The notes under the pieces were generated by a model. It worked only from the letters and a program-made list of their open reading frames with translations, was not told the origin of the DNA and searched no databases. Below are positions 31,733 to 40,785 of a stretch of DNA of 64,000 nt, piece by piece. The DNA lies in the NCBI GenBank assembly GCA_963750165.1, contig CAVVPN010000004.1, positions 448,001-512,000 on the forward strand, in the 5' to 3' direction. Position 1 is the stretch's first letter; each line of letters begins with the position of its first letter. This DNA comes from an uncultured Gemmataceae bacterium. GTDB taxonomy: Bacteria; Planctomycetota; Planctomycetia; Gemmatales; Gemmataceae. A program made the position numbers and the translations under genes.

Positions 31733-32617
31733 ATGAAACTCCGTGGCATCATCCCGCCCGTGGCGACGCCGATGCAGGCCAACGAGGACCTCGACCTGCC
31801 GCGTCTGCAATGGTTCCTGGACCACCTCATCGGCGAGGGCGTTCACGGCGTCTTCGTGCTCGGCACCAACAGCGAGTTCTACGCTCTGGACGAGCGCGAG
31901 AAACAGGAGGTGATCGCCACCGCCGTGGCGCACGTGCGCGGCCGGGTGCCGGTGCTCGCCGGCACCGGAGCGGAGTCCACACGTGAGGCGGTGCGGCTCA
32001 CGAAGATGGCCGAGCGCGAGGGAGCCAACGGGGTTTCCGTCATCACACCGTATTTCGTCAACCCGTCGCAGCAGGAGATCGCGGACCACTATCGCCGCAT
32101 CGCCGAGAGCACGTCGCTGCCGGTCATCCTCTACAACAACCCGGCCACCTGCGGCGGCGTCAAGATCGACGTGGACACCGTCGCCCGACTAGCGGAAATC
32201 CCGAACATCCTTGGCATCAAGGATTCGAGCGGCGACCTGACGAACACCAACGAGTATCTGCGGGTGGTGCCGGATCGCTTCAGTGTGTTGCAGGGGCGCG
32301 ACACGCTGATTTATCAATCGATGCTGTTCGGGGCGCGCGGGGCGGTGCCGGCGACGGCGAACGTGGCGCCGCGGTTGGTCGTGGAGATTTACGAGGCGGC
32401 GCAGCGCGGCGACCATGCGGCGGCCAGGGCGGCGCAGGTGAAGCTGAACCCGGTGCGGTTGAGCCTGACGCTGGGCACGGCGCCCGGCGGCGTCAAGGCG
32501 GCGCTGGCGCTGCTGGGCCGCTCGATTGGCCCGAGCCGGGCGCCCGTGGGGCCGCTGTCGCCGGAGAAGCAGCAGAAGATGCGGGCCTCGCTGGAATCGG
32601 CCGGCCTGCTGCGGTAA
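31733..32617 (+). CDS. DapA/NanA-family (dihydrodipicolinate synthase-like) aldolase
   Basis: GIIPPVATP, LGTNSE, ILYNNP, GIKDSSGD; GTNSE replaces GTTGE, so substrate uncertain. Confidence 0.85.
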   Translation: MKLRGIIPPVATPMQANEDLDLPRLQWFLDHLIGEGVHGVFVLGTNSEFYALDEREKQEVIATAVAHVRGRVPVLAGTGAESTREAVRLTKMAEREGANGVSVITPYFVNPSQQEIADHYRRIAESTSLPVILYNNPATCGGVKIDVDTVARLAEIPNILGIKDSSGDLTNTNEYLRVVPDRFSVLQGRDTLIYQSMLFGARGAVPATANVAPRLVVEIYEAAQRGDHAAARAAQVKLNPVRLSLTLGTAPGGVKAALALLGRSIGPSRAPVGPLSPEKQQKMRASLESAGLLR

Positions 32618-32650
32618 ACTGGAGCAAGATGTTCCAGGTTAAGAAGTCCC

Positions 32651-32771
32651 GTTGTGGCTTGGTCTCCGGACCAAGCCACGGGCTGTGACCGAAGGTCTCC
32701 ACAGGTGCCAGGCGCTTGAAGGGGAGACCTTCGGTCGCAGCGGTGGCCCGGTCCGGAGACCGGGCCACAAC
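32651..32771. repeat. Compound palindromic repeat (MITE/REPIN-like)
   Basis: GTTGTGGC..GGTCTCCGGACC..GACCGAAGGTCTCC / GGAGACCTTCGGTC..GGTCCGGAGACC..GCCACAAC. Confidence 0.75.
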
Positions 32772-32797
32772 AGGGATTGAAGTAAAGGGGTTCGTTT

Positions 32798-33289
32798 ATG
32801 AGTTACGGCGGCGACGAGGGAGCGGGCGTCGGTTTCTCGACGGCGCGCGGCAGGGATTGGCCGAGCGTCCGTCAGTTCAACGTCTTCGTGGAGAACCGGC
32901 TGGGCGGCCTGCTCAACGTGGTGCGGCGCTTCGAGACGAGCGACAATCGCATTGTGTCGTTGACGGTGGTGGATTCCGCGGACTGTGCCATCATCCGGTT
33001 GGTGGTGCGCGACCCGGAGCGCGCCCTGGAGGTGCTGCAACAGGCGGGGCTGCCGGTCGCGGAGAGCAACCTGCTGGTGGTCGGGTTGCCGGAGGGACCG
33101 CAACCACTGCTGCAAATCTGCAAGGCGCTGCTCGGCGTCGAGATCAACATCAACTATGCGTATCCGCTGCTGATTGGGCCGCACGGCCAGGCGGCGCTGG
33201 CGCTGCATGTCGAGGACCACGAGACCGCCGCCGCCACACTGCAACAGGCCGGCTTCACGCTGTTCACCGAAGGCGATCTTGAAGAGTAG
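32798..33289 (+). CDS. Tandem ACT-domain protein
   Basis: QFNVFVENRLGGL, IRLVVRDPERALEVL, INYAYP. Confidence 0.8.
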   Translation: MSYGGDEGAGVGFSTARGRDWPSVRQFNVFVENRLGGLLNVVRRFETSDNRIVSLTVVDSADCAIIRLVVRDPERALEVLQQAGLPVAESNLLVVGLPEGPQPLLQICKALLGVEININYAYPLLIGPHGQAALALHVEDHETAAATLQQAGFTLFTEGDLEE

Positions 33290-33365
33290 TCAGTAGGCAT
33301 TAGTTCACTGGGTTTCTTCCGACGCCTGAACCCAGTGAACTAATGACTAATGACTAATGACTAAT
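33287..33365. repeat. Inverted repeat with (CTAATGA)x3 tract between convergent genes
   Basis: CATTAGTTCACTGGGTT...AACCCAGTGAA(CTAATGA)3. Confidence 0.8.
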
Positions 33366-34210
33366 CAGGCAATTTTGCGCCGGCCAATCGTGGCGATTTC
33401 CAGGTTGATTAACTGCCGCACTACTGCCGCCGCGTTCGGCCGGTCGTCCGGCCTGCGCGCCAGCAGACGCTCGACCAGCCGCACCAGCCCCGGCGGCAGC
33501 GGATCGGCCAACGTGCGGAGGTCCGCCGGCGGGTCCGCCTCATGACGGCGAAAGGTCTGGTCGATGGTGCCGGGCGGATAGGGCAACTGGCCGGCCAACA
33601 TCTCGAACAGCATCACCCCCAGACTGAACAGGTCGCTCGCCAGCAGGTCCGCCGGCTCGGGACTGCATAACTCCGGCGCCAGATAGTTCACCGTGCCCAG
33701 GACGTAACCCTGCCGCAACAGCGCCTCGTTCTCGCCGGGCCGGTGCGCGAAACCCAGGTCGAGCAGGACGGCGCGGCCATCGCCAAGCAGACGCACGTTG
33801 TCGGGCTTCACGTCGCCGTGCGCGAAGCCGGCCCGGTGCAGCGCCACCAACGCCTCGGCCACCTGCCGCGTGATCCACAACGCCGTCGGCACGTCGAGCC
33901 GATAGTCGCGCCGCAGGCGCCGCCGCAGCACCTCGCCGGTCAACAACTCCAGCACCAGGAAATACGGCGAGCGCGTGACATGGGCGTCGAGCAGACGGAC
34001 CAGGTGGCGGTGGCGCACGGCCAGGCAGGCGCGGGCCTCACGCTGCAAAAGTTTGATGCCGGTCGGCTGATCCTCCCAGTCGGGCCGCAGCACCTTGACG
34101 GCGCAGGGCTGATCGCTGTCGAGCTGCCGGGCAGCGTAGACGGCGGTCAGGTGACTGCCGCCCAGCAGCGACAGCAACTCGTAGCCCGGTAGTTTCGGCA
34201 GTCCGTGCAT
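33365..34210 (-). CDS. Stand-alone Ser/Thr protein kinase
   Basis: AVKVL, HGDVKPDN, DLGFA, GTVNYLAPE, DLFSLG; Gly-rich loop atypical (LGGSHLTAV). Confidence 0.88.
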   Translation of the reverse strand: MHGLPKLPGYELLSLLGGSHLTAVYAARQLDSDQPCAVKVLRPDWEDQPTGIKLLQREARACLAVRHRHLVRLLDAHVTRSPYFLVLELLTGEVLRRRLRRDYRLDVPTALWITRQVAEALVALHRAGFAHGDVKPDNVRLLGDGRAVLLDLGFAHRPGENEALLRQGYVLGTVNYLAPELCSPEPADLLASDLFSLGVMLFEMLAGQLPYPPGTIDQTFRRHEADPPADLRTLADPLPPGLVRLVERLLARRPDDRPNAAAVVRQLINLEIATIGRRKIA

Positions 34211-34425
34211 GGCAGGAACGTTCGCGGCGACCCGGAAAACGGCGCACGGTAGCAAACCGTGCCTGGGAGGTGTTATCGGCCCGCGCAACAAGGGAAGTGA
34301 ACAAAAAGCGGCTGGGATCCTGCTGGCCTTTTCCTTTCGCAGCTTCCCTGGTATACCCCCACACCTGGAAAAGCACCAAGCGGCCAGGTCGTCGGCCGTA
34401 CCACCGCGGGAGACGGTTGCCAGTG

Positions 34426-35721
34426 ATGTTCGCCACGCTCCCCGCTCCGTTCCAGCGCTTGCGGGCCGCTCCCTGGTGGGCCGTCGGCCTGGCCTGCGCC
34501 CTCGCCGTCGGGGCGGCGCTGCGCCTGGCCTGGGGCCTGGACATCGAATACAAGGCCGACGAGGCCTGGACCTTTGAGCACGCGCTCCGGCTGCTGCACG
34601 GGGCGCCGTGGCCGTCGCTCGGGATGCCGAGCAGCGTCGGCCTGCCCAACCCGGGCCTGAGTTTGTGGGTCTTCGCCGTCCTGGACGCGCTCTTCGCGGT
34701 GCAATCGCCGCCGGACCTGGCGCGGGCGGTCCAGCTGCTGAACGTCGTGGCCCTGGTGCTGCTCTGCGCCGTCGTGCTGCGGTGGCTGCCGGCGGCGGAG
34801 CGCGAGCCGTGGCTGTGGGCGGCGGCCCTGGCGGCGGTCAACCCGATGGCGGTGCTGTTTCAGCGGAAAATCTGGCCGCCCTCGGTGCTGCCGTTGTTCC
34901 TGGTCCTGCTGCTGGCTGGCTGGTGGCGGCGCGAGCGCCGCGGCGGGGCGCTGCTCTGGGGCCTGTGCGGAGCGCTGATCGGCCAGATTCACCTGTCCGG
35001 CTTTTTCTTCGCCGCAGCGCTGGCCGGCGGGACGTTGCTGCGGCGGCGGACGGGCGTGGTCTGGTCCCGCTGGTGGGCCGGCACCCTACTCGGAGCCGTG
35101 CCGCTGATGCCGTGGCTGGCGGATGTGGGCGGCGCACTGCGCGACGGCACCTTCGGCTGGTGGCGGGCGATGGAGGGCAAGTTCTGGCTGCAATGGGCCA
35201 CCGAACCGCTCGGCTTCGGCCTGTGCTACTCCCTCGGCGACCAGTACCAGGAGTTCTTGACCTGGCCCGAGGTGGCGGGACAGCCGTTGTACCTGGTGGC
35301 CCTGCTGCACGCGGTCGTGATCGGCACGGGCGTCGTCCTGCTGCTGCGGGCGCTGCGCCGCGGGTGGCGCGGCGCGGGCGGCGGAGACACCGGTTTCTGC
35401 GTCAACTGGGCCTTCTGGGGCTACGGACTGCTGTTGACGGTCATGGGCCTGCGCTTCTACCGCCATTACCTGATCGTGGCGTTTCCGCTGACGTTCGTCT
35501 GGCTGGCGCAACTGGCGCTGGGCGGCCGGGACCAGGGGCCGGCGGCGCGGGCGGGGGGGCGGAGGCTGCTGGTGGTGCTGTGCGTGGCCCAGGCGCTGTT
35601 GTCGGCCTGCTTTTTGCACTACCTTCATGAGCGCGGCACGGGGCCCGAGTCCGAGTTCGGCGTGCCCTACTCCGGGCAGTGGTCGGTGATTACCGTCGAG
35701 TGGTTCATGGGCGACGAATAA
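34426..35721 (+). CDS. Multi-TM GT-C-type glycosyltransferase (ArnT/PMT-like)
   Basis: First TM followed by IEYKADEA acidic loop, ~10 TMs, QIH motif. Confidence 0.65.
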   Translation: MFATLPAPFQRLRAAPWWAVGLACALAVGAALRLAWGLDIEYKADEAWTFEHALRLLHGAPWPSLGMPSSVGLPNPGLSLWVFAVLDALFAVQSPPDLARAVQLLNVVALVLLCAVVLRWLPAAEREPWLWAAALAAVNPMAVLFQRKIWPPSVLPLFLVLLLAGWWRRERRGGALLWGLCGALIGQIHLSGFFFAAALAGGTLLRRRTGVVWSRWWAGTLLGAVPLMPWLADVGGALRDGTFGWWRAMEGKFWLQWATEPLGFGLCYSLGDQYQEFLTWPEVAGQPLYLVALLHAVVIGTGVVLLLRALRRGWRGAGGGDTGFCVNWAFWGYGLLLTVMGLRFYRHYLIVAFPLTFVWLAQLALGGRDQGPAARAGGRRLLVVLCVAQALLSACFLHYLHERGTGPESEFGVPYSGQWSVITVEWFMGDE

Positions 35722-35850
35722 TGAGGTGGCGGGAATCTGCTTGAGGCGAGGGCGCTCTTTCAGCTCTTCCCTGACCCGGGTGTGCCCCGCCTGGTATAAT
35801 GGAGATAGTGCCAGGGAGGGCTTTCATCTCGTTTCATTTCACAGACCCCC

Positions 35851-37968
35851 TTGACTGCCCCAGGGGCCGCGCCCATTCCCTATCCTCTCCGGTTGACCCA
35901 CCACGCCGCGCCGTCTAGAGTGAAGAGACGGAACCCGCTGAACATTTCTACCGTGGAGGCCGCACCGGTGCAGAAGAAAGTTAAAGACCGACTTCGTCCC
36001 TGGCTCATCGGTGCCCTGTGGGTCGTGCTCTCCGTGGGCGTCGGAGCCCTGCTGGTGTGGTTCTTCAACCGCGAGTCGAGCCCCATCACGCTCAAATACG
36101 GCGAACTGATGCAGATTCTACAAACGCCGGAGTCCTCCGTGCGCCTGCAGAACGTGCGCGTCGGCCAGACGGAGATTCGCGGCGAAATCGTCACCACCGA
36201 TCCCGTCTCCGAGGGCGCCGCCAGTCCCGGCCGCTTCACCCAGGTCAAGGCGTTCCGCACACCGCGGCGCGGCGTCGAGGCGGACGCCGGCTTGCTCAAG
36301 CGCCTCAACGAGCGCGTCGGCGCCGGCTATCAGGGCGAGGAAGAGGAGTCCGCCCTGCGCAGTTTGTACTCGATGCTGCTGTCGTTCCTGATGATTTTCC
36401 TGGTGGTGGTCGCCGGCTTCTTCGTGTTCCGCTGGGTCGCGGGCGGCAGTTCGCCGCTGACCTTCGGCCGCAGCCGCCACAAGGTTTATGCTCAGAAAGA
36501 CCTGCACGTCACTTTCCAGGATGTGGCCGGCATCGACGAGGCCGTCGCCGAGTTGCGCGAGATCGTCGATTTCCTCAAGAACCCCGCCAAGTACCAGCTG
36601 CTGGGCGGTCGCATCCCCAAGGGCGTGCTGCTGGTCGGGCCGCCCGGCACCGGCAAGACGCTGCTGGCCAAGGCTGTCGCCGGTGAGGCCGACGTGCCGT
36701 TCTTCAGCCTCAGCGGCTCCGACTTCGTGGAGATGTTCGTCGGCGTCGGCGCCAGCCGGGTGCGCGATCTGTTCGCACAAGCAGAGACAAAAGCGCCCTG
36801 TATTATCTTTATTGATGAGCTCGACGCCCTGGGCAAGACGCGCGGCGGCAGCGTGGTCGGCGGCCACGACGAGCGCGAGCAGACGCTCAACCAGCTGCTG
36901 GTGGAGATGGACGGCTTCGACAGCAACCGCGGCGTCATCCTGATGGCGGCGACCAACCGGCCCGAGACGCTGGACGCGGCGCTGCTGCGGCCGGGCCGCT
37001 TCGACCGCCAGGTGGTTGTGGATCGTCCCGACATCAACGGCCGCGAGGCCATCCTCAAGGTCCACATCCGTCACGTCAAGCTGGCCGACGACGTGGACCT
37101 GCGGCACGTGGCGGCGTTGACGCCGGGCTCGGTCGGTGCCGACCTGGCCAACCTGGTCAACGAGGCGGCGCTGATCGCGGCCCGTCGCGGCAAGGACAAG
37201 GTCAACATGGCCGAACTCAACGAGGCCATCGAGCGCGGCTCCATCGGCCTGGAGCGGCGCAGCCGCATCATGCGCGCCGACGAGAAGCAGCGCGTCGCCT
37301 ACCACGAGGCCGGCCACGCCCTGGTCAGCTGCGCCCTGCCCAACACGCACACCGTCCACAAGGTAACGATCATCCCGCGCGGCGTCGGCGCGCTCGGCTA
37401 TGTCTGGAGCCGGCCCGAGGAAGACCGCTACCTGGTCACACAGTCCGAGCTGGAAAGCAAGATCAAGGAGGCGCTGGCCGGCACGCTGGCGGAGGAGTTG
37501 ATCTACCGCGAAATCTCCAACGGCGCCACCAGCGACCTGGAGAAGGCCAACGAAATTGCCCGCAAGATGGTGATGGAGTTCGGCATGAGCCGGCTGGGCC
37601 GCGTCAGCTTCCGCGACCAGGGCGGCCCCGGCTTCCTGTCCGGCATCCGCGGCGACGGCGAGCGCGCCTACAGCGAGGAGACGGCCCGCGAGATCGACGT
37701 GGAGGTGCGCAAGATCATCGACGACGCCACCGAGGAGGTGCGCAGCATCCTGCGCGAGCGGCGGCCGGCACTGGAGGCGGTGGCGCAGATGCTGATGGAG
37801 CGCGAGACCATTGACGGCAGCGAACTGCGCAGCCTGATCGAACAGCACTCACCGGGGCCGCGCCTGGTGCCGGGCACCCTGCCCACCGGCGACCGCGCCG
37901 CGCAGGGGAGTGGCGCCGGCGTCGTCAGCGCCGACCCACGGCCCGCCGCCGGTTTGAGTGAAAGTTGA
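35851..37968 (+). CDS. ftsH: ATP-dependent zinc metalloprotease FtsH (true start probably GTG ~35968)
   Basis: Two TMs, [44 protein letters not shown] upstream at ~35792. Confidence 0.96.
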   Translation: MTAPGAAPIPYPLRLTHHAAPSRVKRRNPLNISTVEAAPVQKKVKDRLRPWLIGALWVVLSVGVGALLVWFFNRESSPITLKYGELMQILQTPESSVRLQNVRVGQTEIRGEIVTTDPVSEGAASPGRFTQVKAFRTPRRGVEADAGLLKRLNERVGAGYQGEEEESALRSLYSMLLSFLMIFLVVVAGFFVFRWVAGGSSPLTFGRSRHKVYAQKDLHVTFQDVAGIDEAVAELREIVDFLKNPAKYQLLGGRIPKGVLLVGPPGTGKTLLAKAVAGEADVPFFSLSGSDFVEMFVGVGASRVRDLFAQAETKAPCIIFIDELDALGKTRGGSVVGGHDEREQTLNQLLVEMDGFDSNRGVILMAATNRPETLDAALLRPGRFDRQVVVDRPDINGREAILKVHIRHVKLADDVDLRHVAALTPGSVGADLANLVNEAALIAARRGKDKVNMAELNEAIERGSIGLERRSRIMRADEKQRVAYHEAGHALVSCALPNTHTVHKVTIIPRGVGALGYVWSRPEEDRYLVTQSELESKIKEALAGTLAEELIYREISNGATSDLEKANEIARKMVMEFGMSRLGRVSFRDQGGPGFLSGIRGDGERAYSEETAREIDVEVRKIIDDATEEVRSILRERRPALEAVAQMLMERETIDGSELRSLIEQHSPGPRLVPGTLPTGDRAAQGSGAGVVSADPRPAAGLSES

Positions 37969-38024
37969 GCGGAGCAGGTCGCCGACGTGTATCACATGCC
38001 GTTGTCGGGCATGGGAAAAACCGT

Positions 38025-38092
38025 GGCGAGCGGCGCGGCGTCAGCCCGCCGGTACTTTGCGCTACCGGCGGGCTGACGCCGCGCCGCTCGCC
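38025..38092. repeat. 68-bp palindrome, copy 1
   Basis: GGCGAGCGGCGCGGCGTCAGCCCGCCGGTA...TACCGGCGGGCTGACGCCGCGCCGCTCGCC. Confidence 0.85.
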
Positions 38093-38156
38093 TTTGGACG
38101 AATGCCCGCCAGTTCCAAATCGCTGCAAGCACCCGGCTTCACGACAGGAGGTGAAG

Positions 38157-38969
38157 ATGGACTTTCCTCGGAGGGCGAACCCGACCGTCGCCCGGAGCAC
38201 GTTTTTCCAGACCGTCGCCCGCTTCCTTCCCTTTAGCCGCCAGACCGAAGCCCCCGCCGTGTTCCACGTCACCCACGCCAAGGCGGGGTCGCAGTGGATT
38301 TACAAAATCCTGCTCGCCTGCGTTCCCGAGCGGATCGTCACGCCGCTGACCTTCCAGGAACAGTTCCTCGAACAAGCCCCGGAACCGGGCAAGGTGTACC
38401 CCACCCTGTACGTCACGAAACAGCAGTTCGAGGCTCGGCCCCTGCCGCGCTCGCGGTGCCGGTTCGTCGTCATTCGCGACCTGCGCGACACCCTGGTGTC
38501 GGCGTACTTCAGCATCAAGTTCAGCCACCCGGACATCGGCAATCCTCTCCTGGGAGAGATGCGCGCGACGCTGGAGCAGCGGAGCGTGGAGGACGGCTTC
38601 CTGTTCTTGCTCGACTGCTGGCTGCCGGAGAGTGCCGCCATTCAGTCGTCCTGGTGCGCGGCGGGCGAACCGCTGATCCGCTATGAAGAGCTGCTGAGCG
38701 CGGACCTGTCGATCCTGAGCCGCGTGCTGTTGCGGCGGTGTCGGCTGGAGGTGCCGGCCAGGCAGTTTGCGGAAATCGTCCAGGCCAACCGCTTCGAGCA
38801 GGTGACCGGCGGCCGGCGCCGCGGCCGGGAAGACCTCGCGGCTCACGAGCGCAAGGGCATCGCCGGCGACTGGCGCAACCACTTCACGCCGCGCGTCGTC
38901 CGCGCGTTCAAGGATCGCTACAGTCGCCTGCTGATTGACACCGGCTACGAGCGCAACCGCGACTGGTGA
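38157..38969 (+). CDS. Sulfotransferase-domain protein 1
   Basis: THAKAGSQW (5'-PSB), IRDLRDTLVSAY (3'-PB), RYEEL, RKGIAGDWRNHF; AGGAGGTG RBS. Confidence 0.9.
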   Translation: MDFPRRANPTVARSTFFQTVARFLPFSRQTEAPAVFHVTHAKAGSQWIYKILLACVPERIVTPLTFQEQFLEQAPEPGKVYPTLYVTKQQFEARPLPRSRCRFVVIRDLRDTLVSAYFSIKFSHPDIGNPLLGEMRATLEQRSVEDGFLFLLDCWLPESAAIQSSWCAAGEPLIRYEELLSADLSILSRVLLRRCRLEVPARQFAEIVQANRFEQVTGGRRRGREDLAAHERKGIAGDWRNHFTPRVVRAFKDRYSRLLIDTGYERNRDW

Positions 38970-38987
38970 GGCCCTGCCCTGGGTTTT

Positions 38988-39055
38988 GGCGAGCGGCGCG
39001 GCGTCAGCCCGCCGGTACTTTGCGTTACCGGCGGGCTGACGCCGCGCCGCTCGCC
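38988..39055. repeat. 68-bp palindrome, copy 2
   Basis: Identical to 38025-38092 except one loop base. Confidence 0.85.
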
Positions 39056-39168
39056 ACGGTTTTCTTCAGATCTCGGGCAAACCTGGATAGCGTCCGGAGC
39101 GCTTCAACGGTATGATCCTCCCACTTTGAAATACTGCTCGCCCGGGGTTTCTCGACAGGGAGGTCGAA

Positions 39169-39963
39169 ATGGGCAAGGTGCGTGACGCCGGCCGTGGAAG
39201 GCTGTTCCAGTCTCAACCCGAGTTGGCTCCTGCCGTCAGTCGCGGCGAACCGCCGACAGTGTTCCACATCACCCACCCCAAGGCGGGGTCGCAGTGGATT
39301 CACCGCATCCTGCGCGAGTGCATGGGGCCGCGCGTCGTCGTGCCGGAAGAGTTCGGCGAACAATTCCTGGAGCGGCCCCTGCTGCCGCATCAGGTCTATC
39401 CCACGCTCTATCTGACCAAACAGCAGTTTGACAGCGTTCCCCTGCCGACCGACTGGCGCCGCTTCGTGGTCATCCGCGATCTGCGCGACACACTCGTGTC
39501 GGTCTATTTCAGCCTCAAGGTCAGCCACGTCGTCATCTCTGACACCATTCAGGGGTGGCGCGAGCGGCTGCCCCATGTGAGTCAGGAGGAAGGGCTGTTG
39601 CTCATCCTGGAGGAGTGGCTGCACTTCGCAGCCGCCATTCAGTGGTCCTGGTGGGAGGCGGACGAACCGCTCATCCGCTATGAGGATTTGCTCAACAACG
39701 ACCTGGAAATCCTGCGGCGGGTGCTGCTGAAGGAATGTGAGCTGGGCGTACCACGGCAGCGCTTCGAGGAAGTGATTTATGCCTGTCGGTTTGAGCAGGT
39801 CACCGGCCGCCGGCTCGGGCAGGAAGATCGCTCCGCCCATGAGCGCAAGGGCGTCGCCGGCGACTGGCGCAACCACTTCACGCCGCGCGTCGTCCGCGCG
39901 TTCAAGGACCGCTTCGGCGGCCTGTTGATGGACCTGGGCTACGAGCGCGACCTGGATTGGTGA
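39169..39963 (+). CDS. Sulfotransferase-domain protein 2
   Basis: THPKAGSQW, IRDLRDTLVSVY, RYEDL, RKGVAGDWRNHF; GGAGG RBS. Confidence 0.9.
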   Translation: MGKVRDAGRGRLFQSQPELAPAVSRGEPPTVFHITHPKAGSQWIHRILRECMGPRVVVPEEFGEQFLERPLLPHQVYPTLYLTKQQFDSVPLPTDWRRFVVIRDLRDTLVSVYFSLKVSHVVISDTIQGWRERLPHVSQEEGLLLILEEWLHFAAAIQWSWWEADEPLIRYEDLLNNDLEILRRVLLKECELGVPRQRFEEVIYACRFEQVTGRRLGQEDRSAHERKGVAGDWRNHFTPRVVRAFKDRFGGLLMDLGYERDLDW

Positions 39964-39973
39964 CGCGCACCAG

Positions 39974-40460
39974 GAACAACAGCGACCGGAGGGTGCCTCA
40001 GCCAGCTGGCTGAGGCACCCTCCGGTCGCTGTTGTTCGTGGGACGGCTCTGCAGAGCCGTCTCTTTGGCAGCGACGGCTCTGGAGAGCCGTCCTACGGTT
40101 GCACAGCAGGTCCCTTGCAACCTGAGGCACCCTCCGGTCGCTGTTGTTCGTGGGACGGCTCTCCAGAGCCGTCTCTTTGGCAGCGACGGCTCTGGAGAGC
40201 CGTCCTACGGTTGCACAGCAGGTCCCTTGCAACCTGAGGCACCCTCCGGTCGCTGTTGTTCGTGGGACGGCTCTCCAGAGCCGTCTCTTTGGCAGCGACG
40301 GCTCTGCAGAGCCGTCCCACGGTTGCACAGCAGGTCCCTTGCAACCTGAGGCACCCTCCGGTCGCTGTTGTTCGTGGGACGGCTCTCCAGAGCCGTCTCT
40401 TTGGCAGCGACGGCTCTGCAGAGCCGTCCCACGGTTGCACAGCAGGTCCCTTGCAACCTG
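39974..40460. repeat. BIME-like array: perfect 64-bp palindrome plus four 112-bp tandem units, each with a REP doublet
   Basis: Units start 40010, 40122, 40234, 40346; each has GTGGGACGGCTCT(C/G)CAGAGCCGTC...GACGGCTCTG(G/C)AGAGCCGTCC(T/C)AC. Confidence 0.92.
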
Positions 40461-40495
40461 CACCACGATAAATTAGACAAATTCCGAGTTTTTGC

Positions 40496-40523
40496 TTGAC
40501 AGAGCCAAAAGCGCGTTTATCAT
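40496..40523 (+). promoter_or_regulatory. Putative sigma-70 promoter
   Basis: TTGACA-N16-TATCAT in an AT-rich patch, ~260 nt upstream of ATG 40786. Confidence 0.55.
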
Positions 40524-40785
40524 TCCCCTTTATGGAAGTGGGTTGAACAAGCAGGACAGCTAATTCCTGAAAAGGAATCGCGCAGGGACGCCCGTGCGAA
40601 TCGATCTGCCGCTTCTGACCACCGGCTCGGCCCGGTGGTGACCTGTCTCCGATCGTCGCACTTCTTCCGCCGCGCTTCATCCTGACTCACCCGCGCGCCC
40701 GCTCTCCAGGCGTCATCCAGCGTTCGTCCCCCGGCGACCCGGCCACAGGGGCACGGCAGCCATTCTTTACAGGAGGTGTTTCAAC

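Noticed and set aside
40010..40460. CRISPR array
   Set aside because: Units are near-identical over all 112 bp with no unique spacers, and no cas genes are present
40555..40600. c-di-GMP-I riboswitch
   Set aside because: Only a GAAA-capped stem matches; the GGCAAA/CGCAAA and P3 elements are not convincing
39939..40680. Repetitive ORFs over the 112-bp array
   Set aside because: Translations of the DNA repeat with no coding signals
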